Shown piece after piece: positions 43,353 through 52,720 of a stretch of 64,000 nucleotides of DNA. This DNA is from Cyanidioschyzon merolae. Lineage: Eukaryota. Within the stretch, counting starts at the first letter, position 1. Each line of letters begins with the position of its first letter. The translations under genes and the position numbers were made by a program. Under the pieces are notes generated by a model, which worked only from the letters and a program-made list of their open reading frames with translations, was not told the origin of the DNA and made no database searches. Location: assembly GCA_000091205.1 (NCBI GenBank), contig AP006492.2; one strand, written 5' to 3'.

Positions 43353-45368
43353 ATGTTCGTAGCAACCACGCCCTTGAAACTGCCGTTGGTTGGTTCCCAC
43401 GCTACGGTTGCAAGCAGGGGCCGGCGGTGTGCTTTCCTTGGCGACGCAGTGGTCAGCGTTGCTGCTGCGTCGCTCCGAGGCGAACGCTGTCGCGGACTAC
43501 CCATCGCCGGACGTTTGCACGTGCGCATGGGCTTGAATGCATCGAAACTTAAAAAACAGCAGCAACAACAGCAGGGCAAGAAGAAGAACAAAGTCTCAAC
43601 GAAACAAGAGGAGGCCTCCGATGCCCCAAGTCAGATTGACACGAACCGACGCGATTACATGTTCCAAATGCTTAGGGTCAGCAAAATCCTTCCTAATGGA
43701 AAACAAATTCTCAAAGACATTTCCCTCGCCTTCTTTCCGGGGGCTAAAATTGGTGTTGTAGGGCCCAACGGCGCCGGGAAGTCGACGTTGCTTCGTATCA
43801 TGGCCGGTGTGGATAAAGAGTTCGAAGGCGAGGCCCGTCCCATGCGTACCGCTTCCATCGGGTACCTGGCGCAGGAGCCTCAGCTCGATGATGGCGAGAC
43901 AGTTATGGATAATATCATGGCGGGCGTGAAAGAAATACGAGATAATTTGCACCGGTTGGAGACGCTGTCTCAGCGGCTAGCGGATCCCGCTTGCTCAGCA
44001 GCCGAGAAGCAGGAAATTGCCCAAGAGATCGACCAGGTTCAAGCCCAAATTGAAGCCGCTGATGGATACAACCTCGAGTCGATTTTGGAAAGGGCAATGG
44101 AGGCGCTTCGGGTTCCTGCTCCCGAGACGCCGGTTAAAATTCTTTCGGGCGGTGAGCGCCGACGGGTTGCACTCGTTCGTCTCTTGATTCGTCGCCCTGA
44201 TCTACTGCTCCTGGACGAACCAACAAATCACTTGGATGCAGAGTCCGTGTTGTGGCTCGAACAGTATTTGTCCAAGTATTACACGGGAACCGTTGTTGCA
44301 GTAACACATTCGCGCTCCTTCCTCGAAAACACCTGTGAATGGATCCTAGAGCTGGAAAACGGCCGCGGCATACCGCACCAAGGCAACTACTCCTCCTGGC
44401 TTGCCGCGAAACAGCTTCGTCTGGAGCAGGACAAAAAGGAGGCGGATGCGCGGCGACGACTCATTGACGCCGAGTTGGAGTGGATCCGAGCAACGCCCGC
44501 GGCTCGAATGACGAAGAACAAAGCGCGTATCGATCGCTTCGAGGAACTTTACCAAACGCAGCAAGAGACGGCGGAGAGTCGTTCGCAATCCCTTTCAATG
44601 AATCAGATTCGCATCCCCGTCGGGCCGTACCTAGGCGAGCAGGTCATCGAAGCCGAAGGTCTCTTCAAATGGTATGGAGATCGATGCCTTATCAGTGATG
44701 CGACGTTCTCGATCCCGCGCGGCTCAGTGGTCGGTATCATTGGTGGCAACGGTGCAGGCAAATCGACGCTCTTCCGCCTGATCACCGGACGGGAGCAGCC
44801 AAGCGCTGGCACCTTGCGCCTAGGCGAGACCGTCAAACTCATGTACGCTGATCAAGACCGAGAGACACTGGATCCCAACAAGACCGTATTTGAAGAGATC
44901 TGTGGCGACGCCCATGTCGATACAGTGACCCTGGGCAATCGCACATTGAATGCTCGGGCGTACTGCGCGTGGTTCAACTTCAGGGGCGCCGACCAACAGA
45001 AGAAAGTCGGCGTGCTGAGCGGTGGCGAGCGCAACCGCCTGAACTTGGCCAAAGCGATTTTGAACCGAGAACACGGCGGTGCAGGTAACGTGCTTCTGCT
45101 GGACGAGCCTGGCAACGACCTCGATACAGCCACGCTAGCGAATTTAGAGCAAGCAATTCTGGACTTTCCCGGTGTTGTTCTGGCGATCAGCCACGATCCG
45201 TGGTTTCTCAGCCGCGTCACCACCCACATTCTCGCGTTTGAAGGTGACTCGCAGGTGCGCTTCTTCGTGGGCGGTTTCGATGCCTATCAGGAGTACCGGC
45301 GGGCGCGCTTTGGTGATGAGTTTATCAATCCTACTCGTTTGAAATTCCGACCGCTACCCAAAATGTGA
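43353..45368 (+). CDS. ABC-F family ATPase of the bacterial EttA (YjjK) type, with an approximately 100-aa N-terminal organellar presequence
   Basis: From MFQMLRVSKILPNGKQILKDISLAFFPGAKIGVVGPNGAGKSTLLRIMAG onward the protein is collinear with E. coli EttA along its full length. It has two ABC cassettes with Walker A (GPNGAGKST / GGNGAGKST), signature LSGGERRRVALVRLL / LSGGERNRLNLAKAI, Walker B LLLDEPTNHLD / LLLDEPGNDLD, the EttA arm/linker (WLAAKQLRLEQDKKEADARRRLIDAELEWIRATPAARMTKNKARIDRFEEL) and the C-terminal FFVGGFDAYQEYRR. ATG at 43353. The extension MFVATTPLKLPLVGSHATVASRGRRCAFLGD... is hydroxylated/basic with no acidic residues, then a poly-Q/K linker. Confidence 0.9.
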   Translation: MFVATTPLKLPLVGSHATVASRGRRCAFLGDAVVSVAAASLRGERCRGLPIAGRLHVRMGLNASKLKKQQQQQQGKKKNKVSTKQEEASDAPSQIDTNRRDYMFQMLRVSKILPNGKQILKDISLAFFPGAKIGVVGPNGAGKSTLLRIMAGVDKEFEGEARPMRTASIGYLAQEPQLDDGETVMDNIMAGVKEIRDNLHRLETLSQRLADPACSAAEKQEIAQEIDQVQAQIEAADGYNLESILERAMEALRVPAPETPVKILSGGERRRVALVRLLIRRPDLLLLDEPTNHLDAESVLWLEQYLSKYYTGTVVAVTHSRSFLENTCEWILELENGRGIPHQGNYSSWLAAKQLRLEQDKKEADARRRLIDAELEWIRATPAARMTKNKARIDRFEELYQTQQETAESRSQSLSMNQIRIPVGPYLGEQVIEAEGLFKWYGDRCLISDATFSIPRGSVVGIIGGNGAGKSTLFRLITGREQPSAGTLRLGETVKLMYADQDRETLDPNKTVFEEICGDAHVDTVTLGNRTLNARAYCAWFNFRGADQQKKVGVLSGGERNRLNLAKAILNREHGGAGNVLLLDEPGNDLDTATLANLEQAILDFPGVVLAISHDPWFLSRVTTHILAFEGDSQVRFFVGGFDAYQEYRRARFGDEFINPTRLKFRPLPKM

Positions 45369-46165
45369 AATGCGAGTTGTGCTCCACCGAATAGACGGCC
45401 ATAAGAGCAGCAGTATGAGAGCAGGCCCGCGCACGAAGAATGGTGTCTCCATGCGATGACGCTGGTGTATTCCTGCATGCGTCTAGCGCTGCAGCAATGC
45501 ATTCGCAAGCACCAGGTGTATCCTTCTAACTAGGGTTCAATGGCCGCACTTGTACCTTTGCTAACGATTGCCGTTGACTTTCACTGACGCGGTAACGCGC
45601 ACTCTAAACAGCAGATGACGTTCGCCGTCTACTGGAAAGGGGATACTCCCGCCGGCGCGACTGCCTCCGCAATGCGTTCATATTCAGAAAATGCGAAACG
45701 AGTGCGAACTTGCTCGCGAACGAGGCCATTGCATGCGCTCTATTTTCTCGAAAGAATTACTCGCACGATCCAAAAAGGGATCGGGGATTCTTTCCGCTGA
45801 GCGCGAGCACGAGCGAGCAGCGCTGCGGTTTGCCCTTCGCGCCCTCCACTTTCTATCGGTGGTCGTTTGAAGGACCCTGGGTCATGGTGCGTTGTTTTGG
45901 TGAACCCGCCTGACTCGACGACGCACGCGGCGTGCTAGCTTCGTGCCCACGGAAGAAGCTGTTTGCGGGGCTTGATCTCGGCTCTGTCAGGCAGTCATCA
46001 GGCATAGTCGTTCTGTCTTTTTGATGAAGAACAAGTTCAAAGAACTGGTGTGCCGCAAACCCCCTAAACAAGCTTGATTTTTTCTATGGATGCAATTGCT
46101 CTCATACGTGCAGAGATACGTTTGCTGGATGCATCTGCGAACATCATACAGAATCGTGGATGCGC

Positions 46166-47449
46166 TCAGAGTTTGCCGAGCGCGAGAAGTGCTTCAATAA
46201 TGCCAGCAGCACCCTTTTGTGATGCCTTCACCACCTGGCAACGATCTGGTGCGTTAAAGTTAACCGCCACGTCACCAGAAGCGCTTGGTAACAGAACCAG
46301 CGTTCCACGATTGGCGCGCTCGGCATTCGCAGAGCCCGTTGCACCAGGTTTGAGGTCCGTCCACTGGGATTTTCGAACGTCGGGTGCGAGCGCTTCGAGT
46401 GAGGCCACCGGATCGCTGGACTCAAACACCTGCACAGCATCCTGTAAGAGTGCACTGGATTCCGACCCTACCAGCACCAGGTCGGCGGTAGTTAGTCTCA
46501 TCATCAGCATGATGAACTGAAGGCACTTGCTCATTCTCGCTTCGTCTGGAATCAGGACCAGGTTTCCAGCCAGCGGTGAGACGATACATCGGGTAGCCTC
46601 AAACCCCATCTCTTTCATTTTGCCTTGCACAGACTCGATCAGATGTGCACGGTCAATGGCCTCGTCCGGGTCGCTTCGCCAGGAGTACTCGAGATACGCC
46701 ACTTCTCTTGCGGAAGGATCTGTTAGTAACTTGCGCTTACTCAGCAGTTTCTCATCAAATTCTGGCGTAAGCCATTTTTCAAATGACTCGCGCATCATCC
46801 AAGCGATCGGCTTGGGATCGAAACCAAGGCCGACAGCTGCCATTCGCTGTTCCCAGTACGGATCTGGTGCCACGTAGCCGCGTTGGTAGATCTCAGTGCC
46901 ACAGAGCGTGCAAAGCACGTCAGGCTCAGCCATGATGGGGAAACGCTCAAGAAGCTCCCGTGCTTCCTTGAGAGTTCCCTCAAAGAAATAAACCAGTACA
47001 ATCTGTTGCTTCGTTACTGAGACATGAACCCGTAGGCGTTCGAAAAAGTCAGCAAGGCTCGGATCCGGGCTCGGGCGCTCTTCGTCGTGGTTGTTCGCAC
47101 CGCCAGGGGTGTCTCCGAAGGGCACCATAGCGCCAAGCTCAATGCATAGGAGGCAGCGCCCTGTCCATGGCAATGACCTGGCCTCGGAAGAACCGTCGCT
47201 GGCTATCAGTTGCAAGGCGGACGCGCTCGCTCTCTTTCGCGGCTCAACTAGGCACTTCGCGCAACCATCCGTACCGACCGAAGGTCGCTGGAGCCAAGAT
47301 GCGCTGTTTGCAGGGAACGGCTTCGTCCAGCGCCTCGTTCGAGGTTCGACGTCTCGGTCAGTCCAGTAGTGTCCACTCTGCTTTGCACAAAACGGCGGAA
47401 CAAAGCCCCCTACGAGCTGTTGCGCAGGGCTCCAGCAAAGGCGAGTCAT
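46166..47449 (-). CDS. Sucrose-phosphatase-like HAD-IIB family protein, catalytic motifs apparently degenerate
   Basis: Collinear with plant sucrose-6F-phosphate phosphohydrolase. [54 protein letters not shown] parallels SPP [68 protein letters not shown] parallels [29 protein letters not shown] parallels LACGDSGNDAELF. C-terminal [17 protein letters not shown] parallels ERCAGGIIQAIGHFKLG. The HAD motif-I position reads CIELGAMV rather than DLDHTMV. ATG at 47449. Confidence 0.55.
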   Translation of the reverse strand: [427 protein letters not shown]

Positions 47450-48826
47450 TTGGGGAGTCCTTGACTACGACTCCCGACGCTGCCCGCCTGGAACGCTAGA
47501 GCGCCTCCGTGTGCCCTACGCAACGTTGCCTCGCACGGGTCCAGTGCTCGGCTGTGCTGTATGTGCTCAGACGCCAGGCACAGCAGGCGTCGCGTCCAAG
47601 GGTCCTCCCCGAGACCTCTGTAGCGTTTAAAGCTCAGTTTACCGAAGCGAAACAGACTTCGCAGCGATGGTGCCTATAACAGTGTTCAAAGAGACGCGTT
47701 TCCACCGTACCTGCAACGAGGTCGCATCCGACAACCTCCGTACATCCAGGGGAGTACTGACAAGCGCCTCCGTGTGCCGCACCGCGTCCCTAGCGTCGCG
47801 GCGATTTCTTTCGATGACAATGCGTTTCCGTGGATCAGGGATCCCGGCTTGCGGGATGGATGGGTATTGGCATTCGGGAGAGTTTCGATAATGCAGTGCA
47901 ATACTCCCGAGTTCCATGACCTGTTCTCGGGTGCACCGGTCGTTTTGTGGATTCTACGGTGCGCGGAGCAGCTGCATTACTGCACCCGCCTTGGTGCCTA
48001 AACCGCATGCGCGCATGCATCATGGTGAAAGAGCGGCTTTGCGGTACCAGTGGGAGCGTTGGCTCGAGGCGCTGGATCCATCAGTAGCAAGGCAGTGCCT
48101 GACGCAAAAGGGCGTCTTGCGAGCAACGCTCTCGCAGTGTATTCGCAAATGATGGCCTCGGTCACCGGCACTGCATGTCTTCGCGCGTTTGCAGCCGGTG
48201 AATATGCATGGAAATGGATGAGCGCGTATCTATCGATTTCTGGTGGGCCGAAACGTACACGATTTTCAGGGTACTCATCTATGCAGGCTTTCCAGTATAT
48301 TCTGAGAAGCTTTACAACGGGCGTGTTCTAGGTTTATGCTTTTGAGGTCATTAGGGAGCACGGAGTATCTAACACCCATTTGCAGAGCGGGAGGAGCGGA
48401 ACGTGGTGCACCTGTGTGTGTGCAGCTTTCGCCATTGGATCGAGATTTGTCGTTGCACCCAGATACGTAGCGCTGCTGCAGCGTTCTCTTTGATGACGTT
48501 AGGCGAATTCGCGCATCACGAGCGTGCTACTTATACCTGGAATGTCGTTGGCGGTGAACGACTTGTGCGCCGGCCGCGTCACTAACGCACTTTGCTGCTG
48601 CAGAACGTCACCTATACGCGCAGACGCTGCCTCCTCCTTGAATCTCTGGTCTATTTGCAGGAGTGACTCGGTGCGCTTGCTGCTCAGCACGCGTCGCTGG
48701 TGTCCGCCTCAACGATGCAGAAAGGACGCAGTTTGGACACTTCCTCTGACGTCTGAACACCGAGCGCTCTATCGAGGCACCATGGATCGCGGTCAAGCGC
48801 AACAGCTGCTTTCAGCATGTCATCGA

Positions 48827-49050
48827 GCGCACGGACTGCTTCTCTCATGCTATGTCTATTCGGGTACATGAACGTTGTGTACACTTCATCCAACTGTGGA
48901 GTGTGCGGACTGCTTCTCTCATGCTATGATCATTCGGGTACATGAACGTTGTGTGCACTTCATCCAAGTGTGGAGTGTGCGGACTGCTCGTCGCAACCTG
49001 TGATCATTCGGGTATGTGAACAATGCGGCTACGTCATCCAAGTCAGCCCA
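48827..49050. repeat. Tandem repeat, 74-bp unit x 3, upstream of the AspRS gene
   Basis: cggactgcttctctcatgctatg(t/a)(c/t)(t/c)attcgggtacatgaacgttgtgt(a/g)cacttcatccaa(c/g)tgtggagtgtg begins at about 48832, 48906 and 48980 (74-bp period). The third copy is diverged. Confidence 0.8.
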
Positions 49051-49475
49051 TCCGTGTCCATGACCGAATGCTTGTGCGACTGTGACGAAGTCCGCCGCTG
49101 CGAACGCCTCCTCAGCTGGCACGACGCAAGACTTCACTCACGGGTGCGGCATCATGAACACGATCTCTGGATACCCATTCGGACTAGGCATATGAACGTC
49201 CGGGAGCGCGTTGATCACGCCGCACCTCATCTTCAAGTTCCATCTAAAATCAACAGCACTACCAACAACCATACTTTTCTTCAGTAGTACTGGATCGTTC
49301 ATTCGATCCTTTATGTGTGTCGAGCCTGGGATGAGCGTCGGTGGCACGCAGCCCCACTGGATCGGCGCAATGGACGACGACGACGACCGCAGCCCTCATC
49401 CACGCGCTTTCGCGAACGGCACGTCGTCGGCCTGCTCCGTAACACGGGCTCGTACACGTACGCCTTCTGGTGAGC

Positions 49476-51167
49476 ATGGACGTTTCAGCTATCGCAGAAT
49501 CTGTACGTCGGAAACTGGATGAGCGGATCCCTCGTACAGAATGGACGGAAGAGGAGCGCACCTGGTACAAAGAAGATAAGAAACGGCGAAAGGAGGCGGA
49601 GGCAGCCCTGAAAAAGCACGTCGATCTCGAGGGAAACGTTCCGTCGCCCAGTGAAGAAGCGGTTCTCTCTGCGCAGCTAGAGTCCCTGAAAATGGACGCT
49701 GACGCGCCCGCGTTTGGCCGCTATACGTTAAAGGCGCTGACGACGAGCTCTTGTGGCGATGACTCTGTGCGACGCACCTGGGTAGAGGCTGGAACGCTGG
49801 GTGTCGCACATCCGGCGTGTGCCACGAACCAGGAGGTCTGGTTGAGGGGACGTGTTCAGACCGTGCGCGCCCAGGGCTCCAAGGTGGCCTTCTTGGTGCT
49901 TCGTCACCAGTACGCCACTGTGCAAGTAGTTCTCGTGGCTGACTCAGTACCATCCGTAACCCGTGACATGGTTCGCTGGCTGGCACGCTCCGGGGAAGTG
50001 ACCCCCGAAAGCGTTGTGGATATCTGCGGCATCTTGGTGCCTGCACAGGTCAAGTCGTGCACACAGAACGATGTCGAAGTTCACGCCCGACGCATTTATC
50101 TAGTGAGCCGGGCGCGAGTCCCGCTTCCGTTTGAAATCGCTGACGCTAGCAGGAGGGCGGATGAAGATGGCCCCCATGTACACCGGGACACTCGACTAGA
50201 CCACCGTTTTATGGATTTGCGAGTTCCAGCGCACCAGGCGATTTTGCGTTTGCAGTCCGGAGTTTCGACGCTATTTCGTGAATGGCTCGTTGCACATGGA
50301 TTTACGGAAATCCATACGCCCAAAATCATCGGTGGATCCAGCGAGGGTGGCGCAGAGGTATTCCGTCTACGCTACTTCGACGAAAATGCGTGTCTATCGC
50401 AATCGCCCCAGCTGTACAAGCAAATGGCGATTTGCGGAGACATGCGTCGAGTATTCGAAGTAGGGCCAGTCTTTCGAGCGGAGAACTCAAATACTTACCG
50501 CCACCTTACCGAATTTGTAGGTCTTGATATTGAAATGGAGATCCAGGAAAGCTATCACGAGATCCTGGACGTCCTCGAACAACTCTTTCAGCACATTTTC
50601 GAAGGTCTGGAGCAGCGCTTTGGGGCGGAGCTTTCTAGCATCCAGCGCCAATATCCGTTTCAACCGCTCCGTTATAAGCGAGGTCGCGGTCTCCGCTTAA
50701 CCCATCGCCAGGCAGTGGACCTGTTACGTGAGCACGGCGAGCAAGTCGACGATCTGGTCGACTTTACCAGCGAGCAGGAAAAGGCACTCGGCGAAATCGT
50801 GAGCAAGGAGTTTCAAACGGACTTTTATGTGATTGACCGGTTCCCCGCAAAGTGCCGTCCTTTTTATACAATGCCTTCGCCCGACGACTCGCGGTACAGC
50901 AACGCTTTCGATGTTTTCATGCGGGGCGAGGAAATCGTCTCGGGTGCACAGCGTATCCATGACGTCGACCTGCTCCGACAACGCATCACCGAGAAAGGCC
51001 TCGACCCCGCCACCTTGCAGAGCTACGTTGAAGCTTTTCAGTATGGAGTTTTTCCCCATGGCGGTGCTGGTATCGGTCTAGAAAGGGTGGTCATGCTGTA
51101 CCTAGGAATCGGAAACATTCGAGAGTGTTCGATGTTTCCTCGTGATCCGAAGCGCCTCTATCCTTGA
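49476..51167 (+). CDS. DARS: Aspartate--tRNA ligase, cytoplasmic/eukaryotic-archaeal type (class IIb)
   Basis: N-terminal anticodon-binding OB fold (VWLRGRVQTVRAQGSKVAFLVLRHQYATVQVVL). The catalytic core carries class-II motifs: HTPKIIGGSSEGGAEVFRLRYFDENACLSQSPQLYKQMAICGDMRRVFEVGPVFRAENSNTYRHLTEFVGLDIEME, FYTMPSPDD and FPHGGAGIGLERVVMLYLGIGNIRECSMFPRDPKRLYP. The track start at 49470 is GTG; the ATG is at 49476. Confidence 0.9.
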   Translation: MDVSAIAESVRRKLDERIPRTEWTEEERTWYKEDKKRRKEAEAALKKHVDLEGNVPSPSEEAVLSAQLESLKMDADAPAFGRYTLKALTTSSCGDDSVRRTWVEAGTLGVAHPACATNQEVWLRGRVQTVRAQGSKVAFLVLRHQYATVQVVLVADSVPSVTRDMVRWLARSGEVTPESVVDICGILVPAQVKSCTQNDVEVHARRIYLVSRARVPLPFEIADASRRADEDGPHVHRDTRLDHRFMDLRVPAHQAILRLQSGVSTLFREWLVAHGFTEIHTPKIIGGSSEGGAEVFRLRYFDENACLSQSPQLYKQMAICGDMRRVFEVGPVFRAENSNTYRHLTEFVGLDIEMEIQESYHEILDVLEQLFQHIFEGLEQRFGAELSSIQRQYPFQPLRYKRGRGLRLTHRQAVDLLREHGEQVDDLVDFTSEQEKALGEIVSKEFQTDFYVIDRFPAKCRPFYTMPSPDDSRYSNAFDVFMRGEEIVSGAQRIHDVDLLRQRITEKGLDPATLQSYVEAFQYGVFPHGGAGIGLERVVMLYLGIGNIRECSMFPRDPKRLYP

Positions 51168-52264
51168 ACGAGCTGAATGTCACACTTGGATACGTCCGAG
51201 CGCACCCCGATTGGTGAGGCATTCGTGTGTGCGGCCTGGATGCGGTGCAGGAAGCGCTTTAAACGTACCGCTGTTCGAATATGCGGTCACTGTCATCGAC
51301 TCGGAATGTAGCGCTGCCGTTGGTAGCACGGATCGCTACAGCGTTTAGCGCAATTGCTTCGCTTGACGTTCAAAGCCGTCCCACAGAAAACAGTGCTAAT
51401 TCGAAGATCGCAGGCACAGGAGAGGAAGCTTTTCAGAGCGTGCGCGAGAAGAGCAAATTCTGCCTAGATTGATTCCAGTCCTTGTCGTGGTAGAGTCTCG
51501 AATAGCGCTCGGACTGCTGTGCACATTGTGTCCACAAGCAACGCTTCATAAAAGCCGAGTCAGTTCCGAGCACCTCACTCGCACGTATTGTGCGTGAGGT
51601 GGTTATCAGCGCGTTGGGCCAAGTTGAAAAGTCTGGCGGAGGTCGCTCGACTCCATGGGGTCAGGGGTTTTCGTGGCCGTCCATGTCCACCACTGCAGGT
51701 ACCCGTGCAACGCCGCATTGCATAGACATTGATTGTTCCGGTTTTGTGATGTTACATGGAACGTTCCAGTAGAACGGTACGAGTACACGGGCCGCTTCAA
51801 GGTGAAGGGAATCACCGCTTACCGACGAGTTTGGTCCGTGGCCAACTGAGTGAACGGGTGCCGCACACTGCACGCGTGTTCAGCGTCATGTGCCCTGTAG
51901 TACGGCACTGTGCAGACTTGAGCGCATGTGTGCAGTTTTTATCCAGTGCCGAAGTTTGAACGTCTCCATTACGAGCTCGATGGTGCGCGAAACCGCACCG
52001 TTGAGAAGCTGGTGCTTCCTGCCCTGCGGCGAGCTGCCTTCATCTACTTGATACAAGTACTATGCTGCTGTCGAGTACAGCTTTATGGATGATTGGAAGA
52101 GAGGAGCTTATTTCTTTCAAATGGACTCGTTAATCGTACTACGTGACAAGTACAGTGAGGTTCTCGATGAGCTTGTCAGCAAGTTGGCAAGAGACGACAT
52201 TGCGTATTCGCTTCCTTGTTAGAATAGCAGCCCGCATTGCTGCGTTCACTTGTCCCATGGACAC

Positions 52265-52375
52265 AGGAAGATCGGAAACTTGAAGCTTGCGTGATTTAAG
52301 CGCGTGAAATGTTAGCAAAGGAGAAGTGTGGATGCTTGTACGTATACATTGGGTAATGATATCGGTTATGTAACG
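52265..52375 (+). repeat. Short dispersed repeat family R4, copy 3 of 3
   Basis: See the 13560..13680 entry. This copy lies about 350 bp upstream of the COG4-like gene. Confidence 0.5.
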
Positions 52376-52720
52376 AACGCTGATTCGTATGCGTCGTGAA
52401 TGAACTCGATTCCTTTGCCGTAGCGAATACCAGCGGCAAATACTCTATGGAGATACTCGGAAAACAAGACCAAGCATCGTAAACCTACACATCGATCCAC
52501 AAGCGCTTGTCGCTGCATTTGGCATGTCGAGGCTGTGCATCTGAAAATTTCCGAAAGACATCGACAAGGCAGGAAAAGAGCGAGTACTTCAGTGTCCCAT
52601 GTCAGGTTGACGTGGGTGTAGCGCACCTTCATATAATAAGGTAATCTTTGTTCCAGTCGCTGATAAACCAGAGACACCTGCGCTCATGAGAGAATCGAGT
52701 GAGCGACTTGGTAGCCCTCA

